Source: Eledone cirrhosa (lineage: Eukaryota). Taken from it: DNA of 64,000 bases. Under the pieces are notes generated by a model that did no database searches, was not told the origin of the DNA, and saw only the letters and a list, made by a program, of their open reading frames with translations. Position 1 is the first letter of the stretch, and the number at the start of each line of letters is the position of its first letter. The position numbers and the translations under genes are program-made. The stretch spans positions 278,380,001-278,444,000 of the forward strand of contig OZ024741.1 of NCBI GenBank assembly GCA_964016885.1. The letters are read 5' to 3'. Shown piece after piece: positions 49,401 through 62,200 of the stretch.

Positions 49401-52400
49401 TCATAGTGTTTGTGGTGTATTGATGTTTGAGTGTGGTGCCTGGGGTTTTCATAGTGTTTGTGGTGTATTGATGTTTGTATGTAGTGCCTGGGGTTTTCAT
49501 AGTGTTTGTGGTGTATTGATGTTTGAGTGTGGTGTTTGGGGTTTTCATAGTGTTTGTGGTGAATTGATGTTTGAGTGTGGTGCTTGGGTTTTACATAGTG
49601 TGGTGCCTGGGGTTTTCATAGTGTTTGTGGTGTACTGATATTTGCATGTAGTGCCTGGGGTTTTCATAGTGTTTGTGGTGTATTGATGTTTGAGTGTGGT
49701 GCCTGGGGTTTTCATAGTGTTTGTGGTGTATTGATGTTTGAGTGTGGTGCCTGGGGTTTTCATAGTGTTTGTGGTGTATTGATGTTTGAGTGTGGTGCCT
49801 GGGGTTTTCATAGTGTTTGTGGTGTATTGATGTTTGTATGTAGTGCCTGGGGTTTTCATAGTGTTTGTGGTGTACTGATGTTTGTATGTAGTGCCTGGGG
49901 TTTTCATAGTGTTTGTGGTGTACTGATGTTTGTATGTAGTGCCTGGGGTTTTCATAGTGTTTGTGGTGTACTGATGTTTGTATGTAGTGCCTGGGGTTTT
50001 CATAGTGTTTGTGGTGTATTGATGTTTGAGTGTGCTGCCTGGGGTTTTCATAGTGTTTGTGGTGTATAGATGTTTGAGTGTGGTGCCTGGGGTTTTCATA
50101 GTGTTTGTGGTGTATTGATGTTTGTATGTAGTGCCTGGGGCTTTCATAGTGTTTGTGGTGTATTGATGTTTGTATGTAGTGCCTGGGGCTTTCATAGTGT
50201 TTGTGGTGTAGTGATGTGTAAGTGTGGTGCCTGGGGTTTTCACACTGTTTGTGGTGTATTGATGTTTGAGTGTGGTGCCTGGGATTTTCATAGTGTTTGT
50301 GGTGTACTGATGTGTGAGTGTGGTGCCTGGGGTTTTCACAGTGTTTGTGGTATACTGATGTTTGAGTGTGGTGCCTGGGGTTTTCATAGTGTTTGTGGTG
50401 TATTGATGTTTGTATGTAGTGCCTGGGGTTTTCATAGTGTTTGTGGTGTAGTGATGTGTAAGTGTGGTGCCTGGGGTTTTCACAGTGTTTGTGGTATACT
50501 GATGTTTGAGTGTGGTGCCTGGGGTTTTCATAGTGTTTGTGGTGTACTGATGTGTGAGTGTGGTGCCTGGGGTTTTCATAGTGTTTGTGGTGTACTGATG
50601 TTTGTATGTAGTGCCTGGGGTTTTCATAGTGTTTGTGGTGTAGTGATGTGTAAGTGTGGTGCCTGGGGTTTTCACAGTGTTTGTGGTATACTGATGTTTG
50701 AGTGTGGTGCCTGGGGTTTTCATAGTGTTTGTGGTGTATAGATGTTTGAGTGTGGTGCCTGGGGTTTTCATAGTGTTTGTGGTGTACTGATGTTTGTATG
50801 TAGTGCCTGGGGTTTTCATAGTGTTTGTGGTGTATTGATGTTTGAGTGTGGTGCCTGGGGTTTTCATAGTGTTTGTGGTGTACTGATGTTTGTATGTAGT
50901 GCCTGGGGTTTTCATAGTGTTTGTGGTGTATTGATGTTTGAGTGTGGTGCCTGGGGTTTTCATAGTGTTTGTGGTGTATTGATGTTTGTATGTAGTGCCT
51001 GGGGTTTTCATAGTGTTTGTGGTGTAGTGATGTGTAAGTGTGGTGCCTGGGGTTTTCACAGTGTTTGTGGTATACTGATGTTTGAGTGTGGTGCCTGGGG
51101 TTTTCATAGTGTTTGTGGTGTATTGATGTTTGAGTGTGGTGCCTGGGGTTTTCATAGTGTTTGTGGTGTACTGATGTTTGTATGTACTGCCTGGGGCTTT
51201 GACAGTGTTTGTGGTGTATTGATGTTTGAGTGTGGTGCCTGTGGTTTTCACAGTGTTTGTGGTGTACTGATGTTTGTATGTAGTGCCTGGGGTTTTCATA
51301 GTGTTTGTGGTGTACTGATATTTGTATGTAGTGCCTGGGTCTTTCATAGTGTTTGTGGTGTATTGATGTTTGAGTGTGGTGCCTGGGGTTTTCATAGTGT
51401 TTGTGGTGTACTGATGTTTGTATGTAGTGCCTGGGGCTTTGACAGTGTTTGTGGTGTATTGATGTTTGAGTGTGGTGCCTGGGGTTTTCATAGTGTTTGT
51501 GGTGTACTGATGTTTGAGTGTGGTGCCTGGGGTTTTCACAGTGTTTGTGGTGTATTGATGTTTGAGTGTGGTGCCTGGGGTTTTCATAGTGTTTGTGGTG
51601 TAGTGATGTGTAAGTGTGGTGCCTGGGGTTTTCACAGTGTTTGTGGTATACTGATGTTTGAGTGTGGTGCCTGGGGTTTTCATAGTGTTTGTGGTGTACT
51701 GATGTGTGAGTGTGGTGCCTGGGGTTTTCATAGTGTTTGTGGTGTATTGATGTTTGAGTGTGGTGCCTGGGGTTTTCATAGTGTTTGTGGTGTACTGATA
51801 TTTGTATGTAGTGCCTGGGGTTTTCATAGTGTTGGTGGTGTACTGATGTTTGTATGTAGTGCCTGGGGTTTACATAGTGTTTGTGGTGTATTGATGTTTG
51901 AGTGTGGTGCCTGGGGTTTTCATAGTGTTTGTGGTGTACTGATGTGTGAGTGTGGTGCCTGGGGTTTTCATAGTGTTTGTGGTGTATTCATATTTGTATG
52001 TAGTGCCTGGGGTTTTCATAGTGTTTGTGGTGTATTGATGTTTGAGTGTGGTGCCTGGGGTTTTCATAGTGTTTGTGGTGTATTGATGTTTGAGTGTGGT
52101 GCCTGGGGTTTTCACAGTGTTTGTGGTATACTGATGTTTGTATGTAGTGCCAGGGGTTTTCATAGTGTTTGTGGTGTATTGATGTTTGAGTGTGGTGCCT
52201 GGGGTTTTCATAGTGTTTGTGGTGTACTGATGTGTGAGTGTGGTGCCTGGGGTTTTCATAGTGTTTGTGGTGTATTGATGTTTGAGTGTGGTGCCTGGGG
52301 TTTTCATAGTGTTTGTGGTGTACTGATATTTGTATGTAGTGCCTGGGGTTTTCATAGTGTTTGTGGTGTACTGATGTTTGTATGTAGTGCCTGGGGTTTA

Positions 52401-53584
52401 CATAGTGTTTGTGGTGTATTGATCTTTGAGTGTGGTGCCTGGGGTTTTCATAGTGTTTGTGGTGTATTGATGTTTGAGTGTGGTGCCTGGGGTTTTCATA
52501 GTGTTTGTGGTGTATTGATGTTTGAGTGTGGTGCCTGGGGTTTTCATAGTGTTTGTGGTGTACTGATATTTGCATGTAGTGCCTGGGGTTTTCATAGTGT
52601 TTGTGGTGTACTGATGTTTGAGTGTGGTGCCTGGGGTTTTCATAGTATTTGTGCTGTATGGATGTCTGAGTGTGGTGCCTGGGGTTTTCATAGTGTTTGT
52701 GGTGTATAGATGTTTGAGTGTGGTGCCTGGGGTTTTCATAGTGTTTGTGGTGTACTGATGTTTGTATGTAGTGCCTGGGGCTTTGATAATGTTTGTGGTG
52801 TATTGATGTTTGAGTGTGGTGCCTGGGGTTTTCATAGTGTTTGTGGTGTACTGATGTTTGTATGTAGTGCCCGGGGCTTTCATAGTGTTTGTGGTGTATT
52901 GACGTTTGAGTGTGGTGCCTGGGGTTTTCATAGTGTTTGTGGTGTATTGATGTTTGAGTGTGGTGCCTGGGGTGTTCATAGTGTTTGTGGTGTATTGATG
53001 TTTGAGTGTGGTGCCTGGGGTTTTCATAGTGTTTGTGGTGTATTGATGTTTGTATGTAGTGCCTGGGGTTTTCATAGTGTTTGTGGTGTATTGATGTTTG
53101 AGTGTGGTGTTTGGGGTTTTCATAGTGTTTGTGGTGAATTGATGTTTGAGTGTGGTGCTTGGGTTTTACATAGTGTGGTGCCTGGGGTTTTCATAGTGTT
53201 TGTGGTGTACTGATATTTGCATGTAGTGCCTGGGGTTTTCATAGTGTTTGTGGTGTATTGATGTTTGAGTGTGGTGCCTGGGGTTTTCATAGTGTTTGTG
53301 GTGTATTGATGTTTGAGTGTGGTGCCTGGGGTTTTCATAGTGTTTGTGGTGTATTGATGTTTGAGTGTGGTGCCTGGGGTTTTCATAGTGTTTGTGGTGT
53401 ATTGATGTTTGTATGTAGTGCCTGGGGTTTTCATAGTGTTTGTGGTGTACTGATGTTTGTATGTAGTGCCTGGGGTTTTCACAGTGTTTGTGGTGTACTG
53501 ATGTTTGAATGTGGTGCCTGGGGTTTTCATAGTGTTTGAGGTGTACTGATGTTTGAGTGTGGTGCCTGGGGTTTTCATAGTGTT
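43410..53584. repeat. 48-bp satellite, block 2
   Basis: Same consensus; resumes in register after the TSD. Confidence 0.99.
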
Positions 53585-56256
53585 TGTAGTGACCTACATT
53601 CCGCGGGCTCACATACATTCTCCGTGCGTGATTTGGCTCAGTTCAGCCAATCAGCGCCAGTAGAAGAGGATGTATCCCTACGCGCCCTGAGGAAGAAATT
53701 CACCGCGAAGATTTGAAGAATCTCGCTCTTGTACCGAACACTTCAAGCCAGCAACACGCATAATGTAACAGTGAGATATTGCACCCCTAGCCTGGCCGGC
53801 TTAACGGCGCAATGGCACATTCCCTAATGTAACCTCTTTTTATCTGTAACTTCAACCATATAAATAAACAAACATTGCATATCTAATTACTGCGGTTGAA
53901 GTCGTTGTTTTACTCGTGTCTCAATAACATCTTTAATCCATGCTGCTGGAATTGGCGACCTGACGAAAGGAATATTGTAAATAGATGGTAAATAGATCGA
54001 GGGACCTTCCCTCACGTCTATGTCAACAAGATAATCCAACGAGGATACTATCAGTTACCACACTGGCAACTAACGACCACTGATTCTACCACCCTGCTAA
54101 AGTGGCGATAACATCTACAACTAATACTGCTAAAGTGGTGACCGACGTAAGAATATCACGCAGCCCTTCTTATTCATTCAGTTTAACTTTTATTGCCACG
54201 TCGCAACTTGCGAAAATCCAGAATATTCCTTTTAAGATTTTTGAAAAATTAGCAGTATTTCAAAAACTTTTTCGCCACGAAAAAATTTCAAGATGGCTAC
54301 CGACATGTCATGGCTACGCTTGACAACAACAATGACAGCAGCAGCGACAGCGTTGTTTAACCACTGACCAATACAGGGAACAGTGAGTGGCAGCTTCATA
54401 ACCTTACCAACGCCAACCACCACACATCGGAAATTTCAAAACGGCTTGTAACTTTACCGACGCAACCACCATACCTTCTGTCTCGTTACCACAGGGACGC
54501 GAGAAATTGAGACAGTAGTTTTCTCACCATTATGGCGTCAGACGTGACTGCCATATTTGGTGACTCCTACTCTACAGAAGATTCTTTGACTTTGCTTTAA
54601 CAATAAGCAACACAACCGTGTGGCGGGACGGGAAAATGGCCACGAAATCTCACAAAAACACCATACATCTAACCCCTAACGGCATTAACAAACTTCTTTT
54701 TCAGTTTTCAGATAGAACTAGTGTCTGTACACTGGTGATGTGTGAACTATTTGACTTTGAAAAACTTTGAACTTATTGAGCAATTTCTCTGCTCCCCTAG
54801 ATTGACTTTGAATTATCAGTTTGTTACATTCACATATTTCTTTGTAGAATGCATTTACTTGTTTTGTGCTCTTTTGCTATTTGCTTGCTCATGGTTTTTG
54901 TTCATTCACATTCTTTGCTGTTTTACATGCCTGCATATGCACACATTTTTTTTATCACACACCAACATGTTGTTCTTGGTATATGTTCTTCAAACGTAAT
55001 ATTCTGCGAGTCCCTTTTCACCTGGTTGAGATGCTGGCAGCTCACAGAGCTTAATCCACTGGATTCAAACAGTCACCGCAACACGAGAATACTAATTGCC
55101 GCTGAACTCAAACAGCTTCGCATCTCGTTGCACACTGATCGTCCATGACGGCCATCCGTCTTGTTGTTTTTGCCCGACTCGCTGGGAAAGCAACAAATTG
55201 AACTGGACTTGTTAGCATTTCGGCCACTTCTGTGGATTCGCCCAAATTATGGAACTTACACTGCAACCCACCTACAAATTAAACTTGCCTTTTGTTCTTT
55301 ACAAAGCAACCAGCCATTTTTTCCTGGCTCCACAGCACATTCGACAATACATCTGGGGGCCATCATTTTCTCGCCAGCACTGGTAAACTACCATAATAGC
55401 TTCGTTCACAGCTACAACGCTTACCATTAACATTTAATGCAAGAACGGCAACTTCGCCCATGTCAGACTTTATCCGTTTTTTTGTTAGACCTTTGGCGGT
55501 CACGTATAAACAACAAAACAATTGGTCATTTGACACAGCGGCTCAACACGGCCCGTAGCGCCTCATTTTTTGTTCTTGCATGCAACCTTCTGCTCAATTA
55601 TTTTTTTCACTGATGTGCTCTTTCAGCATTTGTTCTTGCTGATTTAATATGTGAGTACTTGGTTTCTTCGTTATCGATTTTCGGCTGAAAATCTGGTTGG
55701 AGGTGATGTAGTGACCTACATTCCGCGGGCTCACATACATTCTCTGTGCGTGATTTGGCTCAGTTCAGCCAATCAGCGCCAGTAGAAGAGGATGTATCCC
55801 TACGCGCCCTGAGGAAGAAATTCACCACGAAGATTTGAAGAATCTATCTCTTGTACCGGAAACTTCAAGCCAGCAACACGCATAATGTAACAGTGAGATA
55901 TTGCACCCCTAGCCTCGCCGGCTTAACGGCGCAATGGCACATTCCCTAATGTAACCTCTTTTTATCTGTAACTTCAACCATATAAATAAACAAACATTGC
56001 ATCTCTAATTACTGCGGTTGAAGTCGTTGTTTTACTCGTGTCTCAATAACATCTTTAATCCATGCTGCTGGAATTGGCGACCTGACGAAAGGAATATTGT
56101 AAATAGATGGTAAATAGATCGAGGGACCTTCCCTCACGTCTATGTCAACAAGATAATCCAACGAGGATACTATCAGTTACCACACTGGCAACTAACGACC
56201 ACTGATTCTACCACACTGCTAAAGTGGCGATAACATCTACAACTAATACTGCTAAA
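53585..56256 (+). mobile_element. Non-autonomous LTR retrotransposon, copy 2
   Basis: Offset 12,847 bp from copy 1; LTRs at 53585-54134 and 55707-56256; same TSD, PBS and LTR-specific differences. Confidence 0.9.
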
Positions 56257-59200
56257 TGTTTGTGGTGTATTGATGTTTGAGTGTGGTGCCTGGGGTTTTC
56301 ATAGTGTTTGTGGTGTATTGATGTTTGAGTGTGGTGCCTGTGGTTTTCACAGTGTTTGTGGTGTATTGATGTTTGTATGTAGTGCCTGGGGTTTTCATAG
56401 TGTTTGTGGTGTATTGATGTTTGAGTGTGGTGCCTGGGGTTTTCATAGTGTTTGTGGTGTACTGATGTTTGTATGTAGTGCCTGGGATTTTCACAGTGTT
56501 TGTGGTGTATTGATGTTTGAGTGTGGTGCCTGGGGTTTTCATAGTGTTTGTGGTGTACTGATGTTTGAGTGTGGTGCCTGGGGTTTTCATAGTGTTTGTA
56601 GTGTACTGATGTTTGAGTGTGGTGCCTGGTGTTTTCATAGTGTTTGTGGTGTATTTATGTTTGAGTGTGGTGCCTGGGGTTTTCATAGTGTTTGTGGTGT
56701 ATTGATGTTTGAGTGTGGTGCCTGTGGTTTTCACAGTGTTTGTGGTGTATTGATGTTTGTATGTAGTGCCTGGGGTTTTCATAGTGTTTGTGGTGTACTG
56801 ATGTTTGTATGTAGTGCCTGGGGTTTTCATAGTGTTTGTGGTGTATTGATGTTTGAGTGTGGTGCCTGTGGTTTTCACAGTGTTTGTGGTGTATTGATGT
56901 TTGTATGTAGTGCCTGGGGTTTTCATAGTGTTTGTGGTGTATTGATGTTTGTATGTAGTGCCTGGGGTTTTCATAGTGTTTGTGGTGTATTGATGTTTGA
57001 GTGTGGTGCTTGGGGTTTACATAGTGTTTGTGATGTATTGATGTTTGTATGTAGTGCCTGGGGTTTTCATAGTGTTTGTGGTGTATTGATGTTTGAGTGT
57101 GGTGCCTGGGGTTTTCATAGTGTTTGTGGTGTATTGATGTTTGAGTGTGGTGCCTGGGGTTTTCATAGTGTTTGTGGTGTACTGATGTTTGAGTGTGGTG
57201 CCTGGGGTTTTCACAGTGTTTGTGGTGTATTGATGTTTGAGTGTGGTGCCTGGAGTTTTCATAGTGTTTGTGGTGTATTGATGTTTGAGTGTGGTGCCTG
57301 GAGTTTTCATAGTGTTTGTGGTGTAGTGATGTGTGAGTGTGGTGCCTGGGGTTTTCACAGTGTTTGTGGTATACTGATGTTTGAGTGTGGTGCCTGGGGT
57401 TTTCATAGTGTTTGTGGTGTACTGATGTGTGAGTGTGGTGCCTGAGGCTTTCATAGTGTTTGTGGTGTATTGATATTTGTATGTAGTGCCTGGGGTTTTC
57501 ATAGTGTTTGTAGTGTACTGATATTTGTATGTAGTGCCTGGGGTTTTCATAGTGTTTGTGGTGTACTGATGTTTGTATGTAGTGCCTGGGGTTTTCATAG
57601 TGTTTGTGGTGTATTGATGTTTGAGTGTGGTTTCCTGGGGTTTTCATAGTGTTTGTGGTGTACTGATGTTTGTATGTAGTGCCTGGGGCTTTCATAGTGT
57701 TTGTGGTGTATTGATGTTTTGAGTGTGGTGCCTGGGGTTTTCATAGTGTTTGTGGTGTACTGATGTTTGTATGTAGTGCCTGGGGTTTTCATAGTGTTTG
57801 TGGTGTATTAATGTTTGAGTGTGGTGCCTGTGGTTTTCACAGTGTTTGTGGTGTATTGATCTTTGTATGTAGTGCCTGGGGTTTTCATAGTGTTTGTGGT
57901 GTATTGATGTTTGAGTGTGGTGCCTGGGGTTTTCATAGTGTTTGTGGTGTATTGATGTTTGAGTGTGGTGCCTGGTGTTTTCATAGTGTTTGTGGTGTAT
58001 TGATGTTTGTATGTAGTGCCTGGGGTTTTCATAGTGTTTGTGGTGTACTGATGTTTGTATGTAGTGCCTGGGGTTTTCACAGTGTTTGTGGTGTATTGAT
58101 GTTTGAGTGTGGTGCCTGGGGTTTTCATAGTGTTTGTGGTGTACTGATGTTTGAGTGTGGTGCCTGGGGTTTTCATAGTGTTTGAGGTGTACTGATGTTT
58201 CAGTGTGGTGCCTGTGGTTTTCATAGTGTTTGTGGTGTATTGATGTTTGTATGTAGTGCCTGGGGTTTTCATAGTGTTTGTGGTGTACTAATGTTTGTAT
58301 GTAGTCCCTGGGGTTTTCATAGTGTTTGTGGTGTACTGATGTTTGAGTGTGGTGCCTGGGGTTTTCATAGTGTTTGTGGTGTATTGATGTTTGAGTTTGG
58401 TGCCAATGGTTTTCACAGTGTTTGTGGTGTACTGATGTTTGTATGTAGTGCCTGGGGTTTTCATAGTGTTTGTGGTGTATTGATGTTTGTATGTAGTACC
58501 TGGGGTTTTCATAGTGTTTGTGGTGTATTGATGTTTGAGTGTGGTGCTTGGGTTTTACATAGTGTTTGTGATGTATTGATGTTTGAGTGTGGTGCCTGGG
58601 GTTTTCATAGTGTTTGTGGTGTACTGATGTTTGAGTGTGGTGCCTGGGGTTTTCATAGTGTTTGTGGTGCATTTATGTTTGAGTGTGGTGCCTGTGGTTT
58701 TCACAGTGTTTGTGGTGTATTGATGTTTGTATGTAGTGCCTGGGGCTTTCATAGTGTTTGTGGTGTACTGGTGTTTGAGTGTGGTGCCTGGGGTTTTCAT
58801 AGTGTTTGTGGTGTATTGATGTTTGTATGTAGTGCCTGGGGTTTTCATAGTGTTTGTGGTGTACTGATGTTTGTGTGTGGTGCCTGGGGTTTTCATAGTG
58901 TTTGTGGTGTATTGATGTTTGTATGTAGTGCCTGGGGTTTTCATAGTGTTTGTGGTGTACTGATGTTTGAATTGTGGTGCCTGGGGTTTTCATAATGTTT
59001 GTGGTGTACTGATGTTTGAGTGTGGTGCCTGGGATTTTCATAGTGTTTGTGGTGTATTGATGTTTGTATGTAGTGCCTGGGGTATTCATAGTGTTTGTGG
59101 TGTACTGATGTTTGAGTGTGGTGCCTGGAGTTTTCATAGTGTTTGTGGTGTATTTTTGAGTGTGGTGCCTGGGGTTTTCATAGTGTTTGTGGTGTACTGA

Positions 59201-62200
59201 TGTTTGTATGTAGTGCCTGGGGTTTTCATAGTGTTTGTGGTGTATTGATGTTTGAGTGTGGTGCCTGTGGTTTTCATAGTGTTTGTGGTGTATTGATGTT
59301 TGTATGTAGTGCTTGGGGTTTTCATAGTGTTTGTCGTGTATTGATGTTTGAGTGTGGTGCTTGGGGTTTACATAGTGTTTGTGGTGTATTTATGTTTGAG
59401 TGTGGTGCTTGGGGTTTTCATAGAGTTTGTGGTGTATTTATGTTTGAGTGTGGTGCCTGGTGTTTTGACAGTGTTTGTGGTGTACTGATGTTTGAGTGTG
59501 GTGCCTGGGGTTTTCATAGTGTTTGTGGTGTACTGATGTTTGTATGTAGTGCCTGGGGTTTTCATAGTGTTTGTGGTGTATTGATGTTTGAGTGTGGTGC
59601 CTGGGGTTTTCATAGTGTTTGTGGTGCATTTATGTTTGAGTGTGGTGCCTGTGGTTTTCACAGTGTTTGTGGTGTATTGATGTTTGAGTGTGGTGCCTGG
59701 GGTTTTCATAGTGTTTGTGGTGTATTTATGTTTGAGTGTGGTGCCTGGGGTTTTCATAGTGTTTGTGGTGTATTGATGTTTGAGTGTGGTGCCTGGGGTT
59801 TTCACAGTGTTTGTGGTGTATTGATGTTTGAGTGTGGTGCCTGGGGTTTTCATAGTGTTTGTGGTGCATTTATGTTTGAGTGTGGTGCCTGGGGTTTTCA
59901 TAGTGTTTGTGGTGTATTGATGTTTGAGTGTGGTGCCTGGGGTTTTCATAGTGTTTGTGGTGCATTTATGTTTGAGTGTGGTGCCTGTGGTTTTCACAGT
60001 GTTTGTGGTGTATTGATGTTTGTATGTAGTGCCTCGGGCTTTCATATTGTTTGTGGTGTATTGATGTTTGAGTATGGTGCCTGGGGTCTTCATAGCGTTT
60101 GTGGAGTACTGATGTTTGTATGTAGTGCCTGGGGTTTTCATAGTGTTTGTGGTGTTTGATGTTTGTATGTAGTGCCTGGGGTTTTCATAGTGTTTGTGGT
60201 GTATTGATGTTTGAGTGTGGTGCTTGGGGTTTACATAGTGTTTGTGATGTATTGATGTTTGAGTGTGGTGCTTGGGGTTTTCATATTGTCTGTGGTGTAT
60301 TGATGTTTGAGTGTGGTGCCTGGGGTTTTCAGTGTTTGTGGTGTATTGATGTTTGTATGTAGTGCCTGGGGTTTTCATAGTGTTTGTGGTGTATTGATGT
60401 TTGTATGTAGTGCCTGGGGTTTTCATAGTGTTTGTGGTGTATTGATGTTTGAGTGTGGTGCCTGGGGTTTACATGGTGTTTGTGATGTATTGATGTTTGT
60501 ATGTAGTGCCTGGGGTTTTCATAGTGTTTGTGGTGTATTGATGTTTGAGTGTAGTGCCTGGGGTTTACATGGTGTTTGTGATGTATTGATGTTTGTATGT
60601 AGTGCCTGGGGTTTTCATAGTGTTTGTGGTGTACTGATGTTTGAGTGTGGTGCCTGGGGTTTTCATAGTGTTTGTGGTGTATTGATGTTTGAGTGTGGTG
60701 CCTGGGGTTTTCATAGTGTTTGTGGTGTACTGATGTTTGAGTGTGGTGCCTGGGGTTTTCACAGTGTTTGTGGTGTATTGATGTTTGAGTGTGGTGCCTG
60801 GAGTTTTCATAGTGTTTTTGGTGTATTGATGTTTGAGTGTGGTGCCTGGGGTTTTCATAGTGTTTGTGGTGTAGTGATGTTTGAGTGTGGTGCCTGGGGT
60901 TTTCATAGTGTTTGAGGTGTACTGATGTTTGAGTGTGGTGCCTGTGGTTTTCATAGTGTTTGTGGTGTATTGATGTTTGTATGTAGTGCCTGGGGTTTTC
61001 ATAGTGTTTGTGGTGTACTAATGTTTGTATGTAGTCCCTGGGGTTTTCATAGTGTTTGTGGTGTACTGATGTTTGAGTGTGGTGCCTGGGGTTTTCATAG
61101 TGTTTGTGGTGTATTGATGTTTGAGTTTGGTGCCAATGGTTTTCACAGTGTTTGTGGTGTACTGATGTTTGTATGTAGTGCCTGGGGTTTTCATAGTGTT
61201 TGTGGTGTATTGATGTTTGTATGTAGTACCTGGGGTTTTCATAGTGTTTGTGGTGTATTGATGTTTGAGTGTGGTGCTTGGGTTTTACATAGTGTTTGTG
61301 ATGTATTGATGTTTGAGTGTGGTGCCTGGGGTTTTCATAGTGTTTGTGGTGTACTGATGTTTGAGTGTGGTGCCTGGGGTTTTCATAGTGTTTGTGGTGC
61401 ATTTATGTTTGAGTGTGGTGCCTGTGGTTTTCACAGTGTTTGTGGTGTATTGATGTTTGTATGTAGTGCCTGGGGCTTTCATAGTGTTTGTGGTGTACTG
61501 GTGTTTGAGTGTGGTGCCTGGGGTTTTCATAGTGTTTGTGGTGTATTGATGTTTGTATGTAGTGCCTGGGGTTTTCATAGTGTTTGTGGTGTACTGATGT
61601 TTGTGTGTGGTGCCTGGGGTTTTCATAGTGTTTGTGGTGTATTGATGTTTGTATGTAGTGCCTGGGGTTTTCATAGTGTTTGTGGTGTACTGATGTTTGA
61701 GTGTGGTGCCTGGGGTTTTCATAATGTTTGTGGTGTACTGATGTTTGAGTGTGGTGCCTGGGATTTTCATAGTGTTTGTGGTGTATTGATGTTTGTATGT
61801 AGTGCCTGGGGTATTCATAGTGTTTGTGGTGTACTGATGTTTGAGTGTGGTGCCTGGAGTTTTCATAGTGTTTGTGGTGTATTTTTGAGTGTGGTGCCTG
61901 GGGTTTTCATAGTGTTTGTGGTGTACTGATGTTTGTATGTAGTGCCTGGGGTTTTCATAGTGTTTGTGGTGTATTGATGTTTGAGTGTGGTGCCTGTGGT
62001 TTTCATAGTGTTTGTGGTGTATTGATGTTTGTATGTAGTGCTTGGGGTTTTCATAGTGTTTGTCGTGTATTGATGTTTGAGTGTGGTGCTTGGGGTTTAC
62101 ATAGTGTTTGTGGTGTATTTATGTTTGAGTGTGGTGCTTGGGGTTTTCATAGAGTTTGTGGTGTATTTATGTTTGAGTGTGGTGCCTGGGGTTTTCATAG

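Noticed and set aside
53585-56256. Independent second LTR insertion implying targeting of the satellite
   Set aside because: Same TSD, same flanking variants and same LTR differences at a constant offset show duplication of one insertion.
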